From a virus: 64,000 nt of DNA. The notes below the pieces were generated by a model, which worked only from the letters and a program-made list of their open reading frames with translations, was not told where the DNA came from and made no database searches. Position 1 is the stretch's first letter. Each line of letters opens with the position of its first letter. Of this stretch, positions 1-9,967 are shown in pieces. The position numbers were made by a program, and so were the translations under genes. The stretch lies in IMG/VR virus record IMGVR_UViG_3300037755_000512; one strand, given 5' to 3'.

Positions 1-173
1 TTCTTAAAATCCTATGGGATGCTGTTCTATGACTGTATTTTTTTAATCAAGCCAAGGAGGTTCTCAAGAGGATTGAGGAAAGGTCAGCCCAAATTCTAAT
101 CGAAATGTACCCCTAAACTCATGACGGGACACAACAATCCCGCCGTCTTTGTCAAACCAAAACAATACAAATC

Positions 174-359
174 ATGGAAATCACCAGTAACGAGAGAAGG
201 CGTATAGCCGACTGTCCAAACCATCGCATGGTCATGATCAGTTCAGAGATGATCTGGGATAACAAATGGCAGTACGGGAATCCCGTTCTAAACAAAGTCA
301 CCTACAAGTGCAACGGGTCATGCGAACATACCCTTACTTATGAATTCAAGGAGGCGTGA
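174..359 (+). CDS. hypothetical small protein (Cys/His-containing)
   Basis: 61-aa ORF; a TCTTTGTCAAAC promoter-like box lies ~25 bp upstream of the ATG; no recognisable domain. Confidence 0.3.
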   Translation: MEITSNERRRIADCPNHRMVMISSEMIWDNKWQYGNPVLNKVTYKCNGSCEHTLTYEFKEA

Positions 360-398
360 AAAACCTCCTGTCTTTGTCAAACTTTAATCCAAATTTTT

Positions 399-863
399 AT
401 GCAAAAACTAATGGACAGCCCATCCGCTATGAGTAGATTCAGAGCGCAACACGGCTTAGGTGTTTCTTATTCCAACACAGGCTCCTCTTACATTTTCACA
501 TCTAAGATCAAGAAGATTCTTAAGAGTGAAATAACCAAGGAGGTTTTCATGGAAATGAGAAAAAAGTTCTTTTCGCCAAACACTGATGTGCCTTACGAAG
601 TGTTCATAGATCGGTTGATCTCTAAGATCGACGGATTCTCTTCGACCATGCTACAGTACGCTCTTCTTGTTTATGAAGAAGAGGGAGTCGAAAAGCTTGT
701 TGTTACTCTGCGCCAGCCACTAGTCAAAATCAAGAAAGCGTCCGAGCAGCTCAGCAAAGAAACCAAGGACAATTACGAATTTGACAAGACGGTTCTTACG
801 TCTGATCTGGTTATTCCAGAAGATATAGATGATCTTCAGCAAAACATTGAGCCGTGGGAATAA
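399..863 (+). CDS. hypothetical protein
   Basis: 154-aa ORF preceded by the same TCTTTGTCAAAC box at 372-383; consistent coding frame. Confidence 0.45.
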   Translation: MQKLMDSPSAMSRFRAQHGLGVSYSNTGSSYIFTSKIKKILKSEITKEVFMEMRKKFFSPNTDVPYEVFIDRLISKIDGFSSTMLQYALLVYEEEGVEKLVVTLRQPLVKIKKASEQLSKETKDNYEFDKTVLTSDLVIPEDIDDLQQNIEPWE

Positions 864-1042
864 CTTATTTTACATTGGTCATTCTGGTCATTACAGCAAT
901 CTGGATGGCGACTCACAAAAAGTCCGATCCCCGCATTTGCCCGTCCTGTGGGTATTCGTACATGTTCAGGATCAGCAAAAAATTGTACGAATGCCAAAAA
1001 TGTAGTCAATTACTGGTCATCAAGGATGTGGAAAACGATTAA
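854..1042 (+). CDS. small membrane-anchored zinc-ribbon protein
   Basis: N-terminal hydrophobic helix followed by CPSCG...CQKC (CxxC..CxxC) motif. Confidence 0.35.
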   Translation: MGITYFTLVILVITAIWMATHKKSDPRICPSCGYSYMFRISKKLYECQKCSQLLVIKDVEND

Positions 1043-1271
1043 GATCACGGACTTCGTGAAGAAAATGCCTCGATACGTATGCCCCGTAACGTATGAGGTT
1101 GATGAGGCGGGGATGATCCGCAAATACAACCCAATTGCCAAGACAGTGAAACATAAGCATGTCTCCCACACGGGGAGGATTACTATCGTGCTGGGGTGGG
1201 CGTACTGTGCGGTCATTCAGGCAACCCTCTCGGTAGAGGATATTGTCAAGAAGTATTTTCCAGAGAATTAA
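948..1271 (+). CDS. hypothetical protein (true start probably near 1026)
   Basis: 107-aa ORF overlapping the previous one in another frame; a later internal Met is the likely start. Confidence 0.3.
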   Translation: MGIRTCSGSAKNCTNAKNVVNYWSSRMWKTIKITDFVKKMPRYVCPVTYEVDEAGMIRKYNPIAKTVKHKHVSHTGRITIVLGWAYCAVIQATLSVEDIVKKYFPEN

Positions 1272-1389
1272 TTTACCTTTGTTCTTACTGGTTACCATCA
1301 TTTTCATGGTGTTGTCCAGTGTTTGACAAAGTGGGGGTGGGGGTGGTTCCTCACCCCTTTCGTTTTTTGTCTCACTTAAAAACAATTTT

Positions 1390-1689
1390 ATGGCAAAATC
1401 AAAATCAATAACGATGCTAAGGGCGTTAAACGGTATGGTGCTGCTTGAGCAGATTAAAGAGGAGGCTAAGACCCAATCTGGTATTATCTTGGCCGAGAAG
1501 GCTGTTAAACGAAGGCCAGCAAAGGGTCTTGTACGCCTTGTAGATTCAGGGGGAGAGGCTAAGGTTAAGATTGGCGAAACTGTTCTATACCCAAGAGGGC
1601 TGGGAACAGAAGTAATCCTGCGTGACACCGATGAATCTGATAAGACCTTTGAGATAATAGACTCTAGGGAACTATGGTTAGTTGTCTAA
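1390..1689 (+). CDS. groES: co-chaperonin GroES (Cpn10)-like
   Basis: 99 aa; pattern MLRALNGMVLLEQIKEEAKTQSGIIL...PAKGLVRLV...GETVLYP...EIIDSRELWLVV follows the Cpn10 spacing of the mobile loop and beta-core; no groEL partner follows. Confidence 0.65.
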   Translation: MAKSKSITMLRALNGMVLLEQIKEEAKTQSGIILAEKAVKRRPAKGLVRLVDSGGEAKVKIGETVLYPRGLGTEVILRDTDESDKTFEIIDSRELWLVV

Positions 1690-2789
1690 AAGTTCAACCC
1701 TCTCGGAACATCGGGAGGGTGTTTTTTAAATCAAAAACTATGAAAACGGAGGGACTAAATTCCAACATCATACAAAAGCGTGATAAAATGGATTATCGTA
1801 CAAAAGCGTGATGAGAGGGGTTGAAACACACCCTCGTCTTTGTCGCAACCTTTCACCTGTATTCTATGCGACCAGACAACAAAACCAGACAACAGGAAAA
1901 ACCCTTAAATGCGTTGATTATTGCGTTTATTGTACGCAACAATCTTGGACGCTACTAAATTGCTTGATTCTAAGCTCCGCTATTAGCCCGACCGGCTTAA
2001 CAGTGGAAGGTTGACGTTCCTGTCGGCCTAAATAAAATCCCCCAATACCCTTTTATACTGCCGTGTATGAGGCTAATACTCTTGAAACAGTTGAAACCAT
2101 TCAACAAGCTATTAGCGAAGGTTGGGTGATTCATAGTTACCAAAGTTTTAAAGAACTTGTTAAGGCGAGTTCTTTTTTTGGGGGGTAGGTGATAAAAAAA
2201 ATTATCAAAAAAGTTTGGAGGGGACGATAAAATTTTTTATCATTGTATATCAATTAACCAAACAAATACGACGATGACAAACGCACACAAACACACACTT
2301 ATCTCCGTTGACGAGTCTGACCTCGTTGACGGAGTATTTTACAACGACAAGGTCACAGAGGTAGCGGACAGATGCTTTTATAACATGCCCTCTTTGAAGA
2401 AGGTCGTATTGCCGAGAGTAACGGTTGTGGGCGGTTACTGAACAGAAACCAAGTCTTAATCCACCATTTTCAAGCGTGTATCTTTGTCAAAACGTTTTGC
2501 CTGACAGAATTGTGTTTGAAACCATTAACCCGCGCGGTGGCGGCAATTTAAAATTTTCTTTCACTGAATGACACTACGAAGAACAAACTATCCCGCGCTT
2601 TCAATGGCATATACACGGTGTTATGTGCTGTATTGCGGGAGCGGTGGGGCAAGGGCGTGAGCGTGGAACGTGCGTGGCTCCTGCCGGAAGCCCTTGTTCA
2701 GAGGAGCAATATTGCACATAATTGCACTTATACACATAGTAAGTCTTTGGGATTTCACATAATTAAATTGTCCCCAGATAGAACATCCG

Positions 2790-2822
2790 TTCTTTTGGCA
2801 TCAGCCGGTGGATGTTTTTGAA
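2790..2822 (+). terminator. stem-loop plus T-run (putative Rho-independent terminator)
   Basis: acatcc...ggatgt stem followed by ttttt; ends a GC-rich possible small transcript from 2600-2822. Confidence 0.3.
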
Positions 2823-3245
2823 ATCAAAATTGCCTAACTTTGGTTTGAAACAAGAAAACACTTCATTGATAACGCTTGAGCAAATACAGGAAGTACTAGA
2901 CCGACGGGTAAGCCCAGACGACACTAATGGTCTTGAGGGAAAGCTCGTGGCCCGCAGGGGGGACACGAAGGCTTTCGACTCGGTCAAGGACTGAGTCGAG
3001 GGCAAGCCAAAGCAGGAAATTGATGTTAACCAGGACATCACCTGGGAAGGGGTGAAGACTTACGTAGAGGAACGCGACAAAAAGAAGAAAAAATGACGCG
3101 TGTATGTCACCCATAAAAGCCTCAGCACTAGTCAAGGTTCTAGCTTGCTTTCAGCGTCGATTGCCGTCCATGTCCAAATGTCGCCCGCTCCTTTATTTCA
3201 AACTTTATTTCGTAATCTTTACGACATATCGTAAATTATTCCCTA

Positions 3246-3313
3246 TTCAGACAACGGCTTCAGACAACAGTTAAAACAAAATTGCTACCAGACAACAGAA
3301 ACCAGACAACAGA
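3246..3313 (+). repeat. iteron array (four copies of CAGACAAC) abutting the integrase start codon
   Basis: tcagacaacgg, tcagacaacag, accagacaacag, accagacaacaga, the last ending 3 bp before the ATG at 3314; a similar tandem pair at 1866-1897 and a single copy at 62167. Confidence 0.6.
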
Positions 3314-4651
3314 ATGAAAATCACGATCAGCTACTTCCAAAAACCACAACAAAAAAAGCTTATGGCCAGAGTCCGCTCTAGCGGGAAGATCATAACCGAT
3401 GTGTCCACAGGGCTTGATGCAGAGACATTTGACTTTTCAAAAAGGAGATTTACAGACACGCTTAACGCATCGCTACTGCTCGACTTTGAGAAGGGTGTGT
3501 ACGACAGGGTTGCCAAGGCGACCAAATCCGGATTAGTGCCGCGTGACGTGCTGATTTTCGCCGTAAAAACCAAGCGTGAGAGGGTTGAAAAAAGAGAAGT
3601 AAAACTCACTCTATCCTCAATGATAGGTGAGTATGAGTACAGGTTACAGCATAGCCTTATATTCAACTCAAAGACAGGGCGCAGGCTCGCTAGTGCATCT
3701 GTCACAACCCTCTTGGAGACCTGTCGGTTATTCAGGAAATACCTTGAGTCTGATGGGGTAAACATGGACTTCGATAAGTACAACATCGAGTCAATGGGTT
3801 ACTACGGCAAATCTCAGGTACACAGCGTATATGAGAAGTTCACCGGCACATTCAAGTCGTTCCTGATTGACAGGGGGTTAAGTGAATACACCATATTCAA
3901 GACCGTTTACAAGATGAAGCAAATGATCAGGTATTTCTGCGAGAAAGAATCTGTGGAATTGGGATCGCTGCTGAACGACTTGAAATTCCAGAAAGTTCAG
4001 CGAGAGGTGGAGGTAATCTCAGAAGAACAAATCAACTTCATACTGTCCAATTACCACAGAATGGTAAGGGATTGCCTGACTGAAGAACAAAAGAATACGG
4101 TTGACTATATGGTGATTGGGATACTTATGGCTGCCAGACGTAGTGACATGGATAACTGGGACAAAGCCAATCTATACGAGAATGGCGGGGCAACGTACCT
4201 AAAGTTCAAACCACAAAAGACCACTAATTCAAGTGGGGTCATAGTTGATGTTCCGGTACCGCCGATGGCCTTAAGCATATTCAAGGCCAACCTCAAAAAA
4301 CACAGCAAACTAATGCCACCATTAAGCCAGAGCATTAACAAGCGACTGAAGGCCATAACCAGACGGTATGATATATTCCACAATGAGGTCCAGATATACC
4401 GGAAAGGCAGGTATGTCAAGGTCCGACAGTGTGACGCGATTCATATCCACCAACTCAGGGCTTCAGGAACATCGCATAGGCTGATGCAAAAAATGCCAGA
4501 GGCCGCAGTGCGTGACATGACTGGTCACACACACGATTCAGAGGCCTTCGCCAGATACATAAAGGTATCCAGAGAGGCCAAGGCTAAATTTGCTGATGAG
4601 TATCTAGGAACCTTACCTCCTGAGGTTTCTGTCCCCCTCACCGAAGAGTAA
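3314..4651 (+). CDS. int: tyrosine-type site-specific integrase
   Basis: C-terminal catalytic signature HIHQLRASGTSHRLMQ...MTGHTHDSEAFARYIKV (R...HxxR...Y of tyrosine recombinases); 445 aa. Confidence 0.8.
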   Translation: MKITISYFQKPQQKKLMARVRSSGKIITDVSTGLDAETFDFSKRRFTDTLNASLLLDFEKGVYDRVAKATKSGLVPRDVLIFAVKTKRERVEKREVKLTLSSMIGEYEYRLQHSLIFNSKTGRRLASASVTTLLETCRLFRKYLESDGVNMDFDKYNIESMGYYGKSQVHSVYEKFTGTFKSFLIDRGLSEYTIFKTVYKMKQMIRYFCEKESVELGSLLNDLKFQKVQREVEVISEEQINFILSNYHRMVRDCLTEEQKNTVDYMVIGILMAARRSDMDNWDKANLYENGGATYLKFKPQKTTNSSGVIVDVPVPPMALSIFKANLKKHSKLMPPLSQSINKRLKAITRRYDIFHNEVQIYRKGRYVKVRQCDAIHIHQLRASGTSHRLMQKMPEAAVRDMTGHTHDSEAFARYIKVSREAKAKFADEYLGTLPPEVSVPLTEE

Positions 4652-5095
4652 CCACACTGGGTTTACCTTGTGTTTTTTCACAATTCTCTTGAGTAGCGGG
4701 ATCGTTACAGATGAGCGATTGCTTTCAATAAAGGATACAACATCTCTGGTTGTGCCGATAGAATCAGCGAACAAAGCTTGTGACACGCCTAGGTCGTACC
4801 TAATCGCTTTAACCCTTGCGTTTACTTCGGAGTCAAGAAGTGGCTCGTATTGCTGTTCCGAGTATTTGTATTCCTCGATATCCTTCAGTGTAAAAGGGTT
4901 TCCGTTTCCGAGTAACAGCCACTCCTCTGACACAGGAAAAATTGATACGATAGACTTAATCATCTTAAACGATGGATCGTCGTTCCTTGTTGCAGACAGG
5001 ACATTAATAATAGCCGATTTGGAGCTTCCGATTTTTTTGGCAAAAGATAGTGTACGCCCCAGTGCCCTTAGGGGTTTTGTGTTTTGCTTTTTCAT
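4613..5095 (-). CDS. XRE/CI-like transcriptional repressor with two HTH domains
   Basis: Two helix-turn-helix units (LRALGRTLSFAKKIGSSKSAIINVLS and IRYDLGVSQALFADSIGTTRDVVSFIESNRSSVTIPLLKRI); divergent from plus-strand early genes across an operator-like region 5096-5267 rich in TGTCAA repeats. Confidence 0.75.
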   Translation of the reverse strand: MKKQNTKPLRALGRTLSFAKKIGSSKSAIINVLSATRNDDPSFKMIKSIVSIFPVSEEWLLLGNGNPFTLKDIEEYKYSEQQYEPLLDSEVNARVKAIRYDLGVSQALFADSIGTTRDVVSFIESNRSSVTIPLLKRIVKKHKVNPVWLLFGEGDRNLRR

Positions 5096-5267
5096 TTTAG
5101 TTTACTTGGTTAAATTATGGGTGTCAACAATATCATGGGCTCTGTTTTCGTTTAAGTCAAAAATAAGCACAACTTGTGTCAATGTCAATAGTTGTCATAG
5201 AATATATTTTACGACACCCCCTTGTTTTAATTATAAGTATTACGTAAATTAGCATACTACACATTTA

Positions 5268-5480
5268 ATGATGACAGAAATCGGAACCCTTTCTATTGCC
5301 GCGTACAAGTTGTATGCGGTGATAAACGACGAAACGATCAAGGAGTCTGTAAGAAGGCTGTGCTTAGGGGAGGTAACAGAAATTAACAAGAAAATTTCAC
5401 GGTTATCAACTCAGCGTGGCGATAAGGATTATCCCAACCCAACAGGAAGTACTCCGAAACGGTCTGTACTTCACTATTAA
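5268..5480 (+). CDS. hypothetical small protein (Cro or antirepressor position)
   Basis: 70-aa ORF divergent from the repressor gene. Confidence 0.35.
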   Translation: MMTEIGTLSIAAYKLYAVINDETIKESVRRLCLGEVTEINKKISRLSTQRGDKDYPNPTGSTPKRSVLHY

Positions 5481-5667
5481 TCAAATCAAAAAAGTCTACG
5501 GACATTTTGTGACACAACCTTACATGAACAAATTCGTAATTCACAAAAGGTTCAACTCGGCAAGTGGAGAGATTGTGCGTAAATACGCATGGGACTCTGC
5601 ACTTGCTGAAATGAGGGCAGACGGAACTCTCGATAAAATACTGGATCATCTTGAAGAGAAAGAGTAG
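5416..5667 (+). CDS. hypothetical protein
   Basis: 83-aa ORF partly overlapping the previous one; true start probably internal. Confidence 0.3.
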   Translation: MAIRIIPTQQEVLRNGLYFTINQIKKVYGHFVTQPYMNKFVIHKRFNSASGEIVRKYAWDSALAEMRADGTLDKILDHLEEKE

Positions 5668-5965
5668 CAAAGATTTTTTCATGGAAATCTGGAACCAGAG
5701 ACCCCACTACAGTGAAGTCTCTGGAAAATACCTCGGCGAAGAACCGATGGCTTATTTTTTTGCGCATGTATGCTCAAAGGGGGCCCATCCAAAACTCAAA
5801 TTCGAAAAGAGAAACATTATGCTTATGACGCTTGTCGAGCACATAATATGGGACACTAGAGTTCCAGAGGGAAAGATGTGGGATAAGGTCAAAGACCGAA
5901 AAGAGGAAATGCAAAAATTATCTGCAAGTTTTCATAGGACACCCCTTTTATTTAATCCAAAATAG
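5651..5965 (+). CDS. hypothetical protein
   Basis: 104-aa ORF in the early operon. Confidence 0.4.
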   Translation: MKRKSSKDFFMEIWNQRPHYSEVSGKYLGEEPMAYFFAHVCSKGAHPKLKFEKRNIMLMTLVEHIIWDTRVPEGKMWDKVKDRKEEMQKLSASFHRTPLLFNPK

Positions 5966-5980
5966 AGTAATCTTTACGCA

Positions 5981-6979
5981 ATGAACGTACTGAATAAGCA
6001 CGGTCTGGAGCTGATCCCGACGCATGACATGTCGCGTGAAGAGTGGTTAATGAGAAGAAGGGAGGGTATAGGGGGTTCTGACATGGGCACTATAATGGGT
6101 GCCAACAAAAACTTCTCAAGATTGGAACTTTTCTATCAGAAATGCGGAGCGATCTCTGAGAGCGTTGAACAAAACTCCCCTATGTTCTGGGGGTCAGTGT
6201 TGGAGGAGAATGTCAGGGATATTGCTCAGTATCTCGACATGGAAACCGGTGAATATATCTCCAATTATGAGGCTGGGAATAAATTGAGGAAGCTGTCTGC
6301 ATTTAAGTACATGGTCAAAAATCCTTCCTATCCTTGGTTGATCGCTAACGTGGACGCCTTGGAGGGATTCAAGCCCAGATCATTTAAGGCAGAGGGAATC
6401 GGTGAGATTAAAACCATCTCCCGTCAGTCAGCTGAGATGTGGGAAACCTTCCCAATCTATCACTGGTTTCAGGTTGAAATGTACCACACGGTACTCAAGC
6501 CGATACTTACCACGGATGACAACAAAATATTTTATCTGGAGGACGGCAGGATACTTAGGGGTTTTGGTGTGTCTTGGTCTGAATCAATTTGCGATATCAT
6601 GCTCACTGAGTCACACGACTTTTGGGAGTTGGTTAAAAAAGGAAAGGAGATAGTTAGAAACACGCCAGAAAAAGATAAGCAACTGACCTACCTCTCACAG
6701 ATCGAACCAGAGCCAGAAGGGACACAGGTTTATCTGGACTTCTTGTCTGACCTGTACAAGATGAAGCTCAACTACAAGACAATAAAAGGCAACGAGAAAG
6801 ATAAGGATCACGCGATGACTTACGTCATGCTGGGCAGGGAAATGACCGAGCTTAAAAAACAAAGGGATTTGTCAAGAGTACACATCATTAAACGACTCAA
6901 GGATGAGAGTGCTAACGTCATGAAGTTTGACGACAAAGGAAAAATCACATACAACAGAAAGCTTTATGTTAACATCTAA
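5981..6979 (+). CDS. YqaJ-like viral recombination exonuclease (PD-(D/E)XK)
   Basis: N-terminal EWLMRRREGIGGSDMGTIMGANKNFSRLELFYQK matches the YqaJ/lambda-exonuclease-family signature; sits beside the SSB gene. Confidence 0.7.
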   Translation: MNVLNKHGLELIPTHDMSREEWLMRRREGIGGSDMGTIMGANKNFSRLELFYQKCGAISESVEQNSPMFWGSVLEENVRDIAQYLDMETGEYISNYEAGNKLRKLSAFKYMVKNPSYPWLIANVDALEGFKPRSFKAEGIGEIKTISRQSAEMWETFPIYHWFQVEMYHTVLKPILTTDDNKIFYLEDGRILRGFGVSWSESICDIMLTESHDFWELVKKGKEIVRNTPEKDKQLTYLSQIEPEPEGTQVYLDFLSDLYKMKLNYKTIKGNEKDKDHAMTYVMLGREMTELKKQRDLSRVHIIKRLKDESANVMKFDDKGKITYNRKLYVNI

Positions 6980-7301
6980 AAGGCCGTCTCTGTGGTTGAT
7001 CAGGGAAGCAGTACTCAAAAACACTTGTCGTCCATTACCTGAAGAGAGCGACCCTCTCGACCGAAAAGCATTGCGCGTATCGTCCATGAGGGAGGGGGAT
7101 TCTCAGCTGGGCCTGATGATCTTCATTGGATTGGCGACGCATTACGGTTATGGGGCCGATGAAATATCTCTTGCTGAAGGCATTGAAGAGAAAGTGATCA
7201 GGTCAAAGAGTAAAAAGTTTCACGAGAAGTGGGCGACTAAGATGGACGGAAAATTTGTCAACAAGGTAAAGTTGGTTTCTAACTACATCAATCTGAAATG
7301 A
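6927..7301 (+). CDS. hypothetical protein
   Basis: 124-aa ORF. Confidence 0.4.
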   Translation: MTTKEKSHTTESFMLTSKRPSLWLIREAVLKNTCRPLPEESDPLDRKALRVSSMREGDSQLGLMIFIGLATHYGYGADEISLAEGIEEKVIRSKSKKFHEKWATKMDGKFVNKVKLVSNYINLK

Positions 7302-7648
7302 GGACGGGGATGTATAAACAATACCGTGTCGGGAAAATCAAGTATGTGACCAATAAAAGACTTGGCAATCCGCACATACTGCTTGATGCGTGGGAGCATT
7401 GCTTGGATACGCAGGGCGCCGGATATGTGGCCACTTACAACTTGTGGATCGCTCTTGACGACAAAACAGACATTACCCGTGACGATGTGGGGAGGTTTTG
7501 TGAGGTGGGCTTTTATACACAGTCATTCAGGGTAAGGGATATGAATGATTCTTACAACACGGTACTGTCCTTGAGGAGCTTCAAATTCCTAATGGATGAA
7601 GATGAGGCCGTGCTTCGGGCAATCGAGATACGTAAATCAATTTTCTAA
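7298..7648 (+). CDS. hypothetical protein
   Basis: 116-aa ORF with 4-bp start/stop overlap with the upstream gene. Confidence 0.45.
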   Translation: MRTGMYKQYRVGKIKYVTNKRLGNPHILLDAWEHCLDTQGAGYVATYNLWIALDDKTDITRDDVGRFCEVGFYTQSFRVRDMNDSYNTVLSLRSFKFLMDEDEAVLRAIEIRKSIF

Positions 7649-7667
7649 ACATAAACTAAAATTCCAA

Positions 7668-8375
7668 ATGAGAGGCAATCCAGAACAAAACGACGACGCA
7701 TTATTCTTTCTATCCATAAGAGGGTTGAAACAAGGCGAGACGGTGCACATTACACAGGTACAGACCACAGAAACAAAAGGAGTATACAAAGAGCTGCCTA
7801 ATATCAATCAGGTTTCCGGTGTGCTTGTAAGGACAGAGACAAAAACTAGGGAGTATAAAGACGGAAGTCAGAGTGAAGAGGTCAGGCTGTGGCTAAGGGA
7901 TCCTAACGAAAAAGAGACTTACATCTTAAGCGTCGGCCTAAACATGATTGGCAGGTCAATCATTAACCTACTAGCTGGTGTTGAAGGTAAAATTGGAGAT
8001 GTGATGATTAGGGTGTATAACAATAAAGACACAGGACGTCAGGCTGTGTATATGGAGGTTGATGGCACAAAGTCACAATGGAAATACAACTACAACGAAG
8101 AAACTGTCTTGGAAGACAAAACAGTTCCGCCGCTATCTACTATGGTTACACCGATCAAGAAAAAGAAAAAGGTTGACGGTAAAATGAAAGAGGTCGTTGA
8201 GAACGATTACTTCGAGCTGAATGAATTCATGCTGAAGGTCTTCCGCGAAGAAGTGGCCTATAAAGTAGACAAGGCTGCTGCATACGTGCCGAGTTCGGTG
8301 CCACCAACTACTGCCGTCGCCATAAATGATGGGGCTGAGCCAAATGATGAGTCTGGCGACGATCTGCCATTTTAA
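7668..8375 (+). CDS. ssb: single-stranded DNA-binding protein
   Basis: OB-fold-like core and an acidic C-terminal tail ending ...ESGDDLPF (the canonical SSB D-D-D-I/L-P-F tip); start taken at the internal Met at 7668. Confidence 0.65.
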   Translation: MRGNPEQNDDALFFLSIRGLKQGETVHITQVQTTETKGVYKELPNINQVSGVLVRTETKTREYKDGSQSEEVRLWLRDPNEKETYILSVGLNMIGRSIINLLAGVEGKIGDVMIRVYNNKDTGRQAVYMEVDGTKSQWKYNYNEETVLEDKTVPPLSTMVTPIKKKKKVDGKMKEVVENDYFELNEFMLKVFREEVAYKVDKAAAYVPSSVPPTTAVAINDGAEPNDESGDDLPF

Positions 8376-8403
8376 AAAGCCTCCCAGATTGCCCCTAGTT
8401 TGA

Positions 8404-8847
8404 ATGGGAAAGACGTTAGAAATTAAAGGCTCCGGAGGGAGTATTATCCTGTCCGGTCAAATCTCTGTACAGGCTGTGGGTGAGGAGTTATTTCCTATAG
8501 AAATATCAACAGATGATCTATACAAAAAGATCAAGGGGAAGGACTTGGACAACCCTCTCGGACTTCAGAGAGTTATTGATCTCAAAATTCAATTCAATGA
8601 ATTCTGGGATAAGTACAAGCGCAAAGAGGGAAAGAAAGGATCGTTCAGGATATGGTGCAAGCTGAAGGATGAGGATCGCAAAGCAATACTCGATACTGTT
8701 GAGTTGTTTGTTCTTGCCCATCCGGATGTGCAGTTCCGCCCGATGCCTGAGACATATTTGAACGGCAGGAGATGGGAGGACGAGTTGCCTAAGCATTTTC
8801 AGAAAACAAAAAGCCCAGCATGGGCAAAACCCAATACTTGGTCATAA
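8404..8847 (+). CDS. hypothetical protein
   Basis: 147-aa ORF. Confidence 0.4.
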   Translation: MGKTLEIKGSGGSIILSGQISVQAVGEELFPIEISTDDLYKKIKGKDLDNPLGLQRVIDLKIQFNEFWDKYKRKEGKKGSFRIWCKLKDEDRKAILDTVELFVLAHPDVQFRPMPETYLNGRRWEDELPKHFQKTKSPAWAKPNTWS

Positions 8848-8851
8848 AACA

Positions 8852-9967
8852 ATGGAGCAACTATTTTCAGGAACCATATTACTGTCGGCTCTGATGTACT
8901 TGGGGTATCAGGTAAAAGAGTTACCGAAACTTCTGTATGATCAGGTTAAAAAACGAGTCATCTATACGGTTACTATCGAGGAGACCAGTGACATGTTTAA
9001 TTATCTGGAAGTATGGATGAAAAAGAATTTCGAAAACAAGTATCGAAATGTAAAGGTCAGACTATATAATGGCAATGTTTTAACCAGCCATTACGAAGAC
9101 ATGTTCTGGATCAGGTTTAACGGCAAAAGGCTATGGGTGTCAAAGGGTGTAGAGAAGTTTGAGAACGCGAAAGACTTTCATTCGGCGTTCTTTAACAAGT
9201 TCACCATATACGGTGTCTTTGCTAAAAACCACATCATGGAAATGCTAGACGAGGTAGTTAGTTATAACGCATCAATCCGGAAAAAAGAACCCCCAACTAT
9301 TTATGTTAGTGACAATATGGGTGGATGGAGGTGGTTCGGCACGGCCAGAGGTAAAGAATTATCATCTATAATCATCGAAGGTAAGGACAGGATTGTTGAT
9401 GACATAAGCAACTTCCTGTCCCGAGAGGGTTGGTACGCAAAAAGAGGACTTCCATACAAAAGAAGTTACATGTTTTCCGGAAGGCCGGGCAACGGAAAGT
9501 CCACACTGGCTATTGCGCTTGCTAAACACTTCGACAGGGATATATACTTTTTGAACTTCGGAGACCTAGACAAGGATATGTCTCTGATAAATTCATTCAT
9601 TGGTCTGGCTTCCAAAAGCTTATTGGTGCTGGAAGATATCGACAGGATTGTAGGTAAAAACAAAAAGGTATCTATGTCTGCATTGTTGAATTGTATGGAC
9701 GGTGCCCTGTCCAAGCATGGCATTATAACAATACTCACAACAAATCATCCTGAAAAATTAGATCCGGCATTAGTCAGGGAGGGCAGGGTTGACATAAGTC
9801 TTAATGTTGATAATCCATCTATAAAACAAGTTCAGGAATACTTGTCGGTATTTTACGATCAAAAAGTTTCTCTGGACAGTTATCCGAATGATTTTCCCAT
9901 GACCAAAATTCAGGAGATATGTATGCAAAACAACCTGAACGACACTATGAGCATTCTAAGTAAGTGA
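8852..9967 (+). CDS. AAA+ family ATPase
   Basis: Walker A GRPGNGKST, Walker B LLVLEDIDR, sensor region ILTTNHPEKLDPALVREGRVD. Confidence 0.7.
   Translation: MEQLFSGTILLSALMYLGYQVKELPKLLYDQVKKRVIYTVTIEETSDMFNYLEVWMKKNFENKYRNVKVRLYNGNVLTSHYEDMFWIRFNGKRLWVSKGVEKFENAKDFHSAFFNKFTIYGVFAKNHIMEMLDEVVSYNASIRKKEPPTIYVSDNMGGWRWFGTARGKELSSIIIEGKDRIVDDISNFLSREGWYAKRGLPYKRSYMFSGRPGNGKSTLAIALAKHFDRDIYFLNFGDLDKDMSLINSFIGLASKSLLVLEDIDRIVGKNKKVSMSALLNCMDGALSKHGIITILTTNHPEKLDPALVREGRVDISLNVDNPSIKQVQEYLSVFYDQKVSLDSYPNDFPMTKIQEICMQNNLNDTMSILSK

Noticed and set aside
1020-1628. 202-aa minus-strand ORF overlapping the GroES gene and neighbouring plus-strand genes
   Set aside because: It is antisense to a well-supported gene, contains low-complexity EEPPPPP and breaks the plus-strand operon organisation; likely non-coding
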